From an uncultured Planctomycetota bacterium (lineage in GTDB: Bacteria; Planctomycetota; Planctomycetia; Gemmatales; Gemmataceae): a stretch of DNA of 64,000 nt. This document shows, one piece after another, positions 47,830 through 58,322 of the stretch. The DNA lies in contig CAWKHF010000009.1 of the NCBI GenBank assembly GCA_963849325.1, positions 224,001 to 288,000 of the forward strand. Direction: 5' to 3'. Numbering within the stretch: position 1 is the first letter of the stretch; the number at the start of each line of letters is the position of its first letter. The position numbers and the translations under genes are program-made. The notes beneath the pieces are model-generated. The model worked only from the letters and a program-made list of their open reading frames with translations, was not told where the DNA came from and searched no databases.

Positions 47830-50773
47830 CTACCTCTCCGCCCGTTTCTCCGATGATCGAGGCAATTCCCACAACGTCACCGCCCCGTCGTTGGCGATGG
47901 TCGCCAGCGTCTTTCCATCTTCTGCGAACGCCGCCCCGCGGATCGATCCACGGCCGCGTCCGCTGCCGCGTTCCTGCCAGACAAGGGATTCCCACAGGCG
48001 CAACTCCCCATCGGCCAATCCCAGGACGAACTGCTTGCCGTCGCGGTGGAACGCCGCCGCGAGAATGCCCCTCGACCCTGGCCCCACGTTCTTGCGAAAC
48101 ATCTCGGTCCCCGTGGCGGGATCCCAGGATTGCACCACGGAGGAACCTCGGCCGGTGAGGATCAGCGTCTTGCCATCCGGGGCGAAGACGAGCGCTCCTA
48201 CCCTCCACAGCTGCGTCTTGAGCCGCGCTCGCGCCGTACGCGATGTCACGTCCCACAGCCGAACGTCGGACCCCTTTTCCGCCGTGCCGTCGCCATACGT
48301 CACCAGCGTTTTGCCGTCCGGCGAAAACGCCATGCCGTCGATGGGCTGGGCCTGCGCGGGCAGGGTCGCCTTCACGGTCGCCGTGGCTGCGTCCCACAGT
48401 TTCACCGTCTGGTCCTCATCGGCCACGGCCAGCGTCTTGCCGTCCGGCGCGAACGCCAGGGCGCGGATGCGGGAACCCTGTTCCTTGAACACGCCGCGCA
48501 CGGCACCGTTGGCGCTGTCCCACAAACGCACCGCGCGATCGTCTCCGCCCGTGGCTAACATCCTACCATCCGCGGAGAAAACCGCACAGCGAATTCCCTC
48601 TCCGTGCGTGTCGGCGACTTCCCAGCCGGATGGGGCCGGTCCAGTCCGCGAAGGTTTGACGAACACCGGACGCACGCGGAGCTTCCGGTCCTGTCCCGCC
48701 GTCGCCGCGAAGCGCGCGTCCGGCGATAGGACGGCAACAATGGCTCCGCCGGCCGGGCCGGGCGAGGTACGGCGGAGCAGAAGAGGAGCAAAGGCGGCGT
48801 CCCAGCGTTTGACGCTCCGATCCATGCCGCCGCTGAACAGCGCTTGCCCATCGGGCGCGAAGGCGATGCCGGTCAGGACATCGGTATGGCCGGGCAGCGA
48901 GGCTCGTTCGGCGCCAGTGCGCGGATCGTGCAGCGACAGGCTGCCGCCGGCGACGGCCAGCGTTCGGCCCTTCGGCGAGAACGCCAGCGCCCGCACCGGC
49001 CCGTTGATCCTCTGACCTCGCCCGGTGAGCGAATTCACTTTCTGTTCGGCGATTGATTTACCCGTCGGCAATTCCCACAGGCGTAGCGAACCGTCCTCGC
49101 CGCCGCTGGCCAACGTCTTGCCGTCCGGCGCAATCGCCAGTGCCCGCACCGCGTCCTCGTGACCCTTGAGGGTCTCGCGCGGCTCGCGCTGGGCCACGTC
49201 CCACAGTTTGACGCTCCGATCACTACTGCCGGAGGCCAGCGTCCGGCCGTCCGGCGTGAAGGCCAGAACGCGCACCGCCGCTCGATGACCCTTCAAGACA
49301 GCCAGCGATTTCCCCCCAGCGATGTCCCACAAGTGGATCGTCTTGTCGTAGCCGCCCGAGGCCAGCGTCCGGCCGTCCGGCGCGAAAGCGAGGGCGAAGA
49401 CGGTGCTACTGTGTCCCCGCAGGGTTTGGCGCTCCTTGCCGGTAGCCACGTCCCACAACTTGATGGTCTGGTCCCAGCTGGCCGTCGCCAAGGTCTTGCC
49501 GTCGGGACTGAAGGCCAGGCCGTCAACGGCGTCCTCATGGCCTTCGAGGACGGCGCGGCACGTCGCCCGTCCGCGGGTCCAGCAGCCGCACCGCACGGTC
49601 CTCGCCGGCGAGGGCCAGCGTCTTGCCGTTGGGCGACAGCGCGATGGCGAGCACCGGGCCGATCTCGGGAACTTGCGGATCGCGGAACGTCGCTCGTTCC
49701 TTGCGGCCGGCCACGTCCCAGAGCCGGATGGTCTGGTCCCAGCCGGCCGACACCAGTAGGCCGCCGTCGCGCGCGAAGGCTAGGGTGAAGACGCGATCGG
49801 TGTGGCCTTCTAGCGAGCCGATCTCCTGGTGCGTGGCCACGTCCCACAGTTTGATGTCGCCGCCGTTGGGCGAGCCGGTCGGCGCCGGGTCGCTCCAGCG
49901 GCCGGTGCCCACCGCCAGCGTCTTGCCGTCCGCCGCGAACGCCAGCGATAACACCTGAAAAGCGTGTCCTTCGAGCGTGGCCTTCTCCTTGCCGGTGGCC
50001 GTGTCCCACAGCTTGACCGTCTTGTCCCAGCTGCCGGTGGCCAACGTCTTGCCGTCCGGCGACGCCGCCACGCATTCGATGGGTTTCTCATGGGCTTGGA
50101 GCGTGAAGCGTAGCTTGCCGGTCGAAACGTCCCAGACGCGGCCGGTGCCTCCGCGGCCCGTGCCGTCGCCTCCGCCGGATAGCAGAGTATGGTTGTCCGC
50201 GAAGGCCACGCTGTGGACGCTGCCGGTATGGCCGCGCAGAGTGGCCTTGAGCTGTCCGGTGGCCGGATTCCACAGCCTGACGGTTTGATCGAGTCCGGCC
50301 GTGGCCAACGTGCGGCCGTCGGGCGCGAAGGCGACACAGTTGATGCCACCGCCCTGATGTCCACGGAGGACGCGGAGGACGCGGCCGGTGGCGGCGTCGC
50401 GTATCTTGGCCGTTCGGTCGGACTTTTCCGCCGTGGCCAGTGTTCGGCCGTCGGGGGCGAAGACGACACTGCGTATCCCGAAGGGCTGACGGAGGCGCAC
50501 GCGCACCTTGCCGCTAGGCAGGTCATGCAAGGTCAGCATTCCGCGGTTGTCGTTCATGCCGCTGACCACGGCCAACGTCTTGCCGTCGGGCGAGAGGGCC
50601 AGCGACCAAATTTTGCCGGCCGGCGCCGTTAGCTCAATCGGGTTCGGCCCGAACTGCAATGGATCTCCCGGTTCGCCGGCGGCTGGCCGCTCCGCGACCG
50701 TCAGGCCCGCTGCCAGCAGGAGCGCCGGGAGGGCCAAGAATCGATTCGGGATGACGCGCCTGTTGCCTTTCAT
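47830..50773 (-). CDS. Exported multi-propeller WD40 protein (frameshift ~49560)
   Basis: Signal peptide plus roughly 20 GH...AFSPDGKTLAS..D..LWD repeats. Confidence 0.9.
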
Positions 50774-50887
50774 TGGAGCAACTTCCTGCTCTTCTAGGGT
50801 GGGTGCGGGATGAGGTCCACTATGCCCCACCAGCGCTGTTCCCGTCAAGGTTTTCGAGGGTGCGTGCAGGGTTTGTGGTGTTGTCTT

Positions 50888-51043
50888 TTTCGTTAGCCCA
50901 GCCCTTCAGGGCTGGGGATAGTCGGGCAACGAGGGAGAATTGGGCCTTCAGACCCTCCGCTGCGCTTCCACTGGAGGGGCTAAAGCCCCGAAGGTGTCTC
51001 ATCCCGTCCCCCTTCCCAGCCCTGAAGGGCTGGGCTAACGAAA
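50888..51043. repeat. REPIN-like nested palindrome
   Basis: 29-bp outer IR TTTCGTTAGCCCAGCCCTTCAGGGCTGGG (each arm itself palindromic) plus an inner imperfect pair at ~50942-50989. Confidence 0.88.
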
Positions 51044-51096
51044 CAAATCCCCTACTCCCCCAACCGGCGCACGCACCCGGTATTCGACCAACTGGC

Positions 51097-51921
51097 TTAC
51101 TTGTTAAGATTACTCTTGAACTCTTCCAAGGTTCCTTTCTCATAGCTATCGCGAACTCGCTCAGCTTCTCCGCGAGGGTACGCGGCAGGAAATCCACTAC
51201 CCGGCTCAGCGAGAGACGGTCGTTTCGTCTTGCGCAAATTCACCATCTCGGCTTCGATCTTCTTCCGTGCCTTAACCTTCTCTTGGTCCGAAAGAATTGT
51301 AACGCGTACCTTCGGGAGTTTACGGAGGGCAATCTCACACGCTTCGATTTGCAACTGGTAGAAAGACTTGTCTTTTCTTTCCTCGCGCCAGAACGATAGA
51401 TCGTTGATGCCCAATTGAATGGGGCAACCATGTGGCGGCAAGGAAGGTAGGTGCTGTGAAAACACGTGACACAACGTGCCGTAAGCAAGTCCGTGACATA
51501 TGCGTCCGACGGAGACGATATAGGCATCTGAGGTGTTTCCACTGTAGAGAGTAATACAGTAACGCCGATCGTTTGCCTTTTGCACCAATGCTTCCCACAA
51601 TTCGACGCTCTCGTCCTGATACAGGTTAGAAAGCGCCTCGTAGACGCGCTCCTCCTCATTCCAGTCGTAGTCTTTAGGGAATAGAGGAAGCTCACTCGGA
51701 AAGCGGCTGCGACGTTTCACTATCTTTGGCGGCTTATTGCGATTGGCAATCGCATCTACCAATTTGGCCGCCTCCTTCGCGTCGCGTTTCGCCGCCTGCC
51801 CATTAGCAGGAGCTTTCCCTCCTTGTCTTGCATCGCCCTCGGCAAAGACAACCGCGCCGATCAGACTTAGACTGCTGATCGCCAGGCCGCAACGCATCCA
51901 CAGATGGCAAATTACTCTCAT
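51097..51921 (-). CDS. Hypothetical exported protein
   Basis: 274-aa ORF with an N-terminal hydrophobic signal; AT-richer than its neighbours. Confidence 0.7.
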   Translation of the reverse strand: MRVICHLWMRCGLAISSLSLIGAVVFAEGDARQGGKAPANGQAAKRDAKEAAKLVDAIANRNKPPKIVKRRSRFPSELPLFPKDYDWNEEERVYEALSNLYQDESVELWEALVQKANDRRYCITLYSGNTSDAYIVSVGRICHGLAYGTLCHVFSQHLPSLPPHGCPIQLGINDLSFWREERKDKSFYQLQIEACEIALRKLPKVRVTILSDQEKVKARKKIEAEMVNLRKTKRPSLAEPGSGFPAAYPRGEAERVRDSYEKGTLEEFKSNLNK

Positions 51922-51963
51922 AAGACGACCCCCCTTAAGTTCTTACCACCGTGGACTGTTAAT

Positions 51964-54900
51964 CTACCTGTCTTTCCGCGCCACCGCCCGCGCCGCCTTC
52001 AGATCCCACAACATTGCCGTGCCATCCATGCTCGCCGTGGCGAGAGTGCGGCCGTCCGAGGAAAAGGCGACGGATACGACGAGGGCACGGTGGGCCTGGC
52101 CGAAGGCGATCTCCTTCCAGGTCGTCGTGTCCCACAGTTGCACGCTGCCGTCGCCGCGGCGGGCGCCGCCACCGTGGCCGGTCGCCAACAGTTTGCCGTC
52201 GGGCGAAAACGCCAGATGACGCACCGAGGCCGATTCCTGGATCGTCGTCACCCGCTTGCCGTCGGCCACGCTCCAGACGTGGACCGAGGGAGACGTAGGC
52301 GAGGCCGAGGCCAGCAGTTTGCCATCGGGCGAAAAGGCCACGCTCAGGGCCGACACGTTGGCGCCAGCGAATGGCGTGCGCTCGACATTCGCGCTCAGGT
52401 CCCACAGCTTGATGCCGCCAGGCAGACGAGCGTTGCGATCGTCGCTGGCGCACATGGCCAGCAGTTTGCCGTCGGACGAGAAGGCCACGCCCGCCGCACC
52501 GACCTCGAAGCGTGCCAGCACCGCCTTTTCCTTGCCGGCGGCCACGTCCCACAGGCGCACCGTCTTGTCGGTGCTTGCCGAGGCCAGCGTCTTGCCGTCC
52601 GGCGCGAAGGCCAGGCAGCGCACCATGTCCTCGTGTCCGTTCAAGAGGGCGACTTCCTTGCCGCCGGCCAGATCCCACAATCGGATCGTCTTGTCGGAGC
52701 TGCCCGTGGCGAGAACCTTGCCGTCGGGCGAGACAGCGGCGCAGGCGACGATACGGGTGTGGCCCTTGAGCGTAAGGATGCGGCGGTTGCGCCAGGCGGT
52801 CAGGTCCCAGAGGTTGACGTCGCTGGGCAGTCCGGTCGTGCCGCCGCTGGCGGCCACGGTGCGGCTATCGGGAGAGAAAGCCACCGCCTCGACCCAGTAG
52901 CGCGGAGCCGGCAGATCCGCCAGCAGCGCGCCGAAGCGACGTCCCATACCTTGACCTCGCCGTACCGCGCTTGCACTTGCCAGGAAAGTCCGCCACCGCT
53001 GACGAGCTTCTTGCCATCGGCGGAGAAGGCCAGCGACAGAACTTTGGTTCGTATCCCTTGCAGTCGCCGAGTCTCCTTGCGAGCGGCCACGTCCCACAGC
53101 TGCACGCCGCCGGGCCGATCGTCCGAGGCGGCCACGGGGTTGTCGTCGGGCCCGGTATAGGGGTTGTAACAGACGGCGAGGGTCTTGCCATCCGGCGCGA
53201 AAGCGACGGCGTTGATCGCCGCCTCCGGCGTGTGCAGCACGTCCACTTGCTTGCCGCTCGCCGGGTCCCACAGACGGACCTCGCCATCGAAGCCGCCGCT
53301 GGCCAGCAGCTTGCCGTCGGGCGCGAAGGCGACCGAGCGCACCGCCTTCGTGTGCCCCTCCAGGCGCAGACGCTCCTTGCCCGTGGTCGCGTCCCACAGG
53401 CGCAGCGTCTGGTCCCAACTGACCGAGGCCAGCGTCTTGCCGTCGGGGGACCAGGCGACGCCGAAGGCGGCGCCCGTGTGCCCCTGGCACGAAACCACCT
53501 CGGCGCCCGTCGCCACTTCCCAGACCTTGACCTCGCCGGGTTCGCCCTTGGTCTGCCAACCGCCGGCGGCCGAGGCCAGTTTCTTGCCGTCCGCCGAGAA
53601 GGCCAGGCTCCAGACCCAGTTGGCATGGCCGCGAAGCGTGGATAACGGTTTGCCGGTGGCGCGTTTCGAATAGCTTAATGCTGTGATCGCCGCTGCCGAC
53701 GGCCAGAATCTTGCCGCCCGGCGAGAAGGCGAGAGCGTAAGCGAAGCCGGTCGGCGTCTGCAAAACCACGTCCGTGCCCACTTGGCTCCGCGGCTGGATT
53801 TTCACCGTGCCGTCGGCGCCGGCTGTGATGAGACCCTTGCCGTCGGCCATGAGGAGGGCGACCCAGGTTTGATTGCCATGCGCGCGGACGACTGCGACTG
53901 GCCGCAGCGGCGGGCGAGCGGCCGGCCAGTGCTTGATGGTCTTGTCCGCGCTGCCGGTAAACAGCGAACGCCCATCCGGAGTGAAACACAAGCAGGTGAC
54001 GGCATCATTGTGGCCGCGCAACAGGGTCCGCTGGCGGCCGCTGACCGGGTCGAGGATGCGTATCGTCAGATCCTGGCCGGCGCAGGCGAGCATGGCGCCG
54101 CGCGGCGAGTAGGCCAGGGTCAGCACCAGGTCGCCCATCTGAAACGAGGCGATTTGCTTCCCTGAGACCGGATCCCACAGGCGCACCTTGTCGCCCTTGG
54201 GCGGCGGCGCCCCGGCTGGCTGGGCCGCCGTCACGTCCCACAGGCGCACCATGTTGTCCTCGCCGCCGCTGGCCAGCGCCCGGCCATCCGGCGCGAACGC
54301 CACGCAGCGGACGGCGCCGTCGTGGCCCTTGAGCGTCGCCATCAGCTCGCGCGTCGCCACGTCCCACAATTTGATCGTGCGGTCGCTGCTGCCGCTGGCC
54401 AGCGTCTTGCCGTCCGGACTGAAAGCCACGCCGCGGACGCCACCGCGGTGGCCCTTGAGCACGGCCAACGACCGGCCGGTCGCCACGTCCCACAGGCGAA
54501 CCGTCCGGTCGTAGCCGCCCGAGGCCAGCGTCTTGCCGTCGGGGCTGAAGGCGACGCTGAAGACCCAGTTCGTATGAGACTTCAAGGTGAAACGCTCCGC
54601 GCCCGTGGCCACGTCCCACAATTTGAGGGTGTGGTCAAAGCAGGCGGAGGCCAGCGTTTTGCCGTCCGGGGAGAACGCCACCCGGCCCACCACGTCGGTG
54701 TGCCCCCCCAGCAATCGGAGGAGCCGACCGCTGGCCGCGTCGAGCAGTTGAACGGTCTTCTCCTCGCCGCTGACGGCCAGCGTCCGGCCGTCCGGTGAGC
54801 AGGCGATTGACAGCAGCGGGAAAGAGTTCTCTGGCCGCCCCTCGCCGCCGACGGGCAGCGTTCGCGGTCGCGCTTCCATTGTCAGCGGTTCGTCGTCGCC

Positions 54901-56146
54901 GGACTTGACGGCGGCTGGTGCCGCCGGCCGCTCTTGGACGTTCGCGGCGTCGTCGGCCTTACGCGATGGAGGCTGAGCGCGGCCCGGAACGAGCGGAAGC
55001 AGGACCACGGCCAGAACGAGCAGGGCGAGCCGGCCGGCCGGAGGTAGGCCGCGCGGCGTGGCCGCGTGCATAATCAGGCTCAATCGCCGCTTCAGCGAAT
55101 AGACGCGGCCGAAGGCGCTGGCCGCCGGCGGCAGGACCGCTCGCGCCCGGACAGGAAATCGACCGTTTGCAGCAGCGCCCCGGCATAGGCCGGCGCCGCG
55201 CGCGGTAGCTCGCTCACCACCCAGGCATCGCAGCATTCCTCCTCGGCCGCGTGCAAGGCCCGGCAGGCGTACCAGACCAGCGGGTTCCACCAGTACAAGC
55301 CCAGGGCCAAACCTTCGAGAACGCGAACCCAGTGGTCGCGGCGGCACAGATGGGCCAATTCATGCACCAGCAGCGCGTCCCGACTCTCGGCGCCGAGTTG
55401 GCGCAGCAGCGCTCGCGGGAAGAACAGACGCGGCCGGCCGCCAACCGCCCACAACAACGGCGGCAGCGCTCCCGGCACCAGCCACACTGACGGACAGCGC
55501 GACAGCCCCAGGCGTCGTGCCAGCACGGCGGCGCGCTCTTGCAGCGCCGTCGGCGCCGGCAGAGCGTAGCGAAGCAGGCGATGGAAACGGACGATGCGCC
55601 GCCCCATCACGGCGAACCAGACGACACAGCCGGTCAGCCACAGCAGACCGAGAATGTCGAAGACGTGAGCGCGAACGGATAACACCTGATCCCGAAGCGA
55701 TACCGGCACGACTGCGGCGACCGACGGGACCGCCTCGATTACCGGCGCGGGGATGTCGATCACTTCGGCGTCGATGGCGGCTGGCTCGTCCTTCTCCGCA
55801 GTCGGCGGCGGGAGAGGCGCCCCCTCCGCGGCGGTACGGGCCAGGTCGCTGCCGCGCGGAAACTTTCGGCCGATGGCGGCCGAGCGCGGTGCCTGCGCGG
55901 CGCCGCGCGTGCGATGACGCGCGGCGGTAGGTCCGGCGAGCCGAGCCGGACGGACGCCGCTTCTTCCGCCGGCGCCAGCACCGGCACGTGAACCAGCGGC
56001 GGCGTCAGCAACTTGAGCAGCACCAGCACCCACAGGGCATGAACGAGGGCCGGCCGCCAGCCCCACCGCCGCGCCGTCAACGCCGCCAACGCCGGCACAC
56101 CGGCCAGCAGGGCGTTGAGTACGCCGATCTCGACGAGGCTGCGCAC
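51964..56146 (-). CDS. BlaR1/MecR1 (M56) peptidase fused to a large WD40 region (several frameshifts)
   Basis: HALWVLVLLKLLTPP, HELAHLCRRDHW, YWWNPLVW, EEECCD, LKRRL, then about 20 WD40 repeats. Confidence 0.88.
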
Positions 56147-56201
56147 GTTCGGCTCCTTTCCTCAGCCCGCATGGCGGGGAGCCTGGAGCGTCTCACCAAA
56201 A

Positions 56202-56302
56202 AGCCTCACGCCAAGGCGCAAAGAACGCAAAGACAAAAAGGAGACCAGCCGACTGGGTTATTCGTTTCTTCCTTTGCGTTCTTTGCGCCTTGGCGTGAGG
56301 CT
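56202..56302. repeat. 31-bp perfect inverted repeat of degenerate 9-bp units
   Basis: AGCCTCACGCCAAGGCGCAAAGAACGCAAAG (56202-56232) and its reverse complement (56272-56302). Confidence 0.9.
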
Positions 56303-56318
56303 CTCTTGATGAAGCCCA

Positions 56319-56732
56319 TTAATCTCTGCCGCCGCGTCCCTTGCCGCGCGGCGCCTGCCGAAGTTGATCGAGAAAGGTCCGCAATTCCTGTCGCTCCGCC
56401 GAGCTGAACTGTTCGGTCTTCAGCAGATGCAACAGCAGCGGCGCCATCGATCCGCCGCACAGTTTCTCCGCCGTGGCCCGCAATCGCCAGCCGATCAGCG
56501 TCTGCCGATCGATCGCCGCCGTGAAGCCGTGCGGCCACGTCCCTCGATCACGGCGGATGCAGCCCTTGGTCTCCAGGCGCTCCAGCAACTTCTGCACGGT
56601 GCCGTACTGCGCCGCCGTGCCCGCGGGGTAGAGCCGGTCCGTTAGCTGGCGGATCGTCGCCGTGCCCTGCTCCCATAAGGTTTGCAGGACCGCCAACTCC
56701 GCGTCGGTCACGTCCAACGGCCTTTCGTCCAT
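56319..56732 (-). CDS. BlaI/MecI/CopY family repressor
   Basis: TDAELAVLQTLW, YGTVQKLLERLETKG, KLCGGS. Confidence 0.93.
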   Translation of the reverse strand: MDERPLDVTDAELAVLQTLWEQGTATIRQLTDRLYPAGTAAQYGTVQKLLERLETKGCIRRDRGTWPHGFTAAIDRQTLIGWRLRATAEKLCGGSMAPLLLHLLKTEQFSSAERQELRTFLDQLRQAPRGKGRGGRD

Positions 56733-56767
56733 CTTCCTTCACCTGTGTCAAGATGGGGATAGATGCG

Positions 56768-56796
56768 AATTTAAGACGACTCGTCTGAGATGTCAA
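56768..56796 (-). promoter_or_regulatory. sigma-70 promoter with palindromic operator in its spacer
   Basis: TTGACA-17 bp-TAAATT; the spacer contains AGACGA-N-TCGTCT (56774-56786). Confidence 0.8.
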
Positions 56797-56815
56797 GCAA
56801 TTTCCGGCAATTTTT

Positions 56816-56884
56816 TCCGGCGAGCGGGGGGCGTCAGCCCCCTGTTTGTTCGCAACAGGGGGCTAACGCCCCCCGCTCGCCGGA
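56816..56884. repeat. REP-like element, same family as 46046
   Basis: GGCGAGCGGGGGGCGTCAGCCCCCTGTT...AACAGGGGGCTAACGCCCCCCGCTCGCC. Confidence 0.9.
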
Positions 56885-57522
56885 GGAACGCTGCTCCAGT
56901 CGAGCCAGGTCCGCCAGACCAGGAATGCCAACAGCAGGTAGGCCGTCAGCGTGGCCGGCCACGATTTGGACACGAACTTCACGGCGCTGCCGGCGTACTT
57001 GTTCAGGTGCAGGCGCGCACCCATGAAATCGACGCTGTAAATCTCGTCGAGCACCAAATGCGACAAAAAGCCGAGCATGACGGCCCCGGCGAGGAAGATG
57101 CGCAGACGCAGATCGTTCGTGGGGTAGATCAGGTACGTCGCCAGGCCGGCGATGAACAGGGCCGGGACGCTGTGGAACATGCCACGGTGTACGGAAGCGT
57201 GCTTGAACAGCGTGGACAGGACGTAGCGGATGAAGACGTACACGGCGGCGAGGAGGACGAGCGTCTGTTCGGTGGAATGCTGGCGCCATTCGGAGACGCG
57301 CTTGTACAGCAAGAAGGGAGCGACGGAGGCGGAGACGCCGAACAGCTCGCGCACCGGCACGCCGCTGTCGCTGTCGAGGTCCGGCAGCAGTCCGCCCAGC
57401 GTCGTCAGTCCCGCCGCCACCAACGCCGGACCCCAATCGTAGTTCCACTCCAACAGGGCTAGGCTGCCATAGCCGGCGCCGAGCATCCCGGCGAAGGTCA
57501 GGTGTCCGCGATAACTGGCCAT
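56863..57522 (-). CDS. Membrane-bound metal-dependent hydrolase (YdjM-like)
   Basis: GH, LPDLD, HRGMFHS, SHLVLD, TM helices. Confidence 0.88.
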   Translation of the reverse strand: MASYRGHLTFAGMLGAGYGSLALLEWNYDWGPALVAAGLTTLGGLLPDLDSDSGVPVRELFGVSASVAPFLLYKRVSEWRQHSTEQTLVLLAAVYVFIRYVLSTLFKHASVHRGMFHSVPALFIAGLATYLIYPTNDLRLRIFLAGAVMLGFLSHLVLDEIYSVDFMGARLHLNKYAGSAVKFVSKSWPATLTAYLLLAFLVWRTWLDWSSVPPASGGR

Positions 57523-57553
57523 CGAGCGGTCCTCATTGACCCGTGCGATTCCC

Positions 57554-57805
57554 TCATCCAGGCAGAGGCGAGTCGAGCGGATAGTAGACTTCCACGCGCG
57601 TGATGTGGAGGAGAGATATCAAGGCAAAGCGTTGCCGTGGAGGGTCCAGGACGCTCCTCGGCGGCAACGCGATCCGCAGGCTCATGTGGACAATCGTACC
57701 GATCTCGGGGTGAGTGACGTCATAGGTAGCGCCGTCGGAGACAAAGACTCGAAAGGGGCAAAATGGTTGGCTGGTCAAAAGGCGACGAAGATCATCGGGC
57801 CGCAT
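57554..57805 (-). CDS. Small conserved hypothetical protein (paralog 1)
   Basis: LTSQPFCPFRVFVSDGATYDVTHPE. Confidence 0.7.
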   Translation of the reverse strand: MRPDDLRRLLTSQPFCPFRVFVSDGATYDVTHPEIGTIVHMSLRIALPPRSVLDPPRQRFALISLLHITRVEVYYPLDSPLPG

Positions 57806-57871
57806 GGTTTATCCATTGGAACCATCTGCGAAAAAGGAGAAAGGAATGCCGTATCTCACGGCGTCCCTTCG

Positions 57872-58126
57872 TCACTGGGTCGGCGTACCGTTTATCGTCG
57901 CGTCCGCCTCCACCTGCTGAATCTGGTTCATCAGGACAAGCTCAAAATCATCACTGTAGGGGTCAGGATTTTGGGGATCGGTGATACCGATGATAGCCAT
58001 GTCTTCACCAATGAGGGTGATCTCCGGACAAACAACGTCCAGGACTTTCCCATTGACGAGATGGATGCGGAAGGGCCGAAAGGGTCGTTGCCGCAGCAAG
58101 TGCTTCAATTCTTCGGAACGTCTCAT
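57872..58126 (-). CDS. Small conserved hypothetical protein (paralog 2)
   Basis: LRQRPFRPFRIHLVNGKVLDVVCPE. Confidence 0.7.
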   Translation of the reverse strand: MRRSEELKHLLRQRPFRPFRIHLVNGKVLDVVCPEITLIGEDMAIIGITDPQNPDPYSDDFELVLMNQIQQVEADATINGTPTQ

Positions 58127-58322
58127 GGTCGTTGCCTCCGCGAGAAGGTTGCTTCCCGCCATTATCCATGCCTCGTTCGTGCCCGACAAGAGGATCGCCC
58201 TTCGTGCGGAACGAGAACAGGTTGTTGCCCTGGTCCGTTCGAGGGAAAAAAGTGTATAAAACGGCCTCCGACCGAGGAATAGTGGATAGAAGATCGGCCG
58301 CATCACCCGGCAAGGAGGCCCG

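Noticed and set aside
47830-54800. Recurring GCCAGCGTCTTGCCGTC repeats as a CRISPR or DGR-like array
   Set aside because: These are the coding WD40 DGKTLA motif, with irregular spacing and no cas or reverse transcriptase gene.
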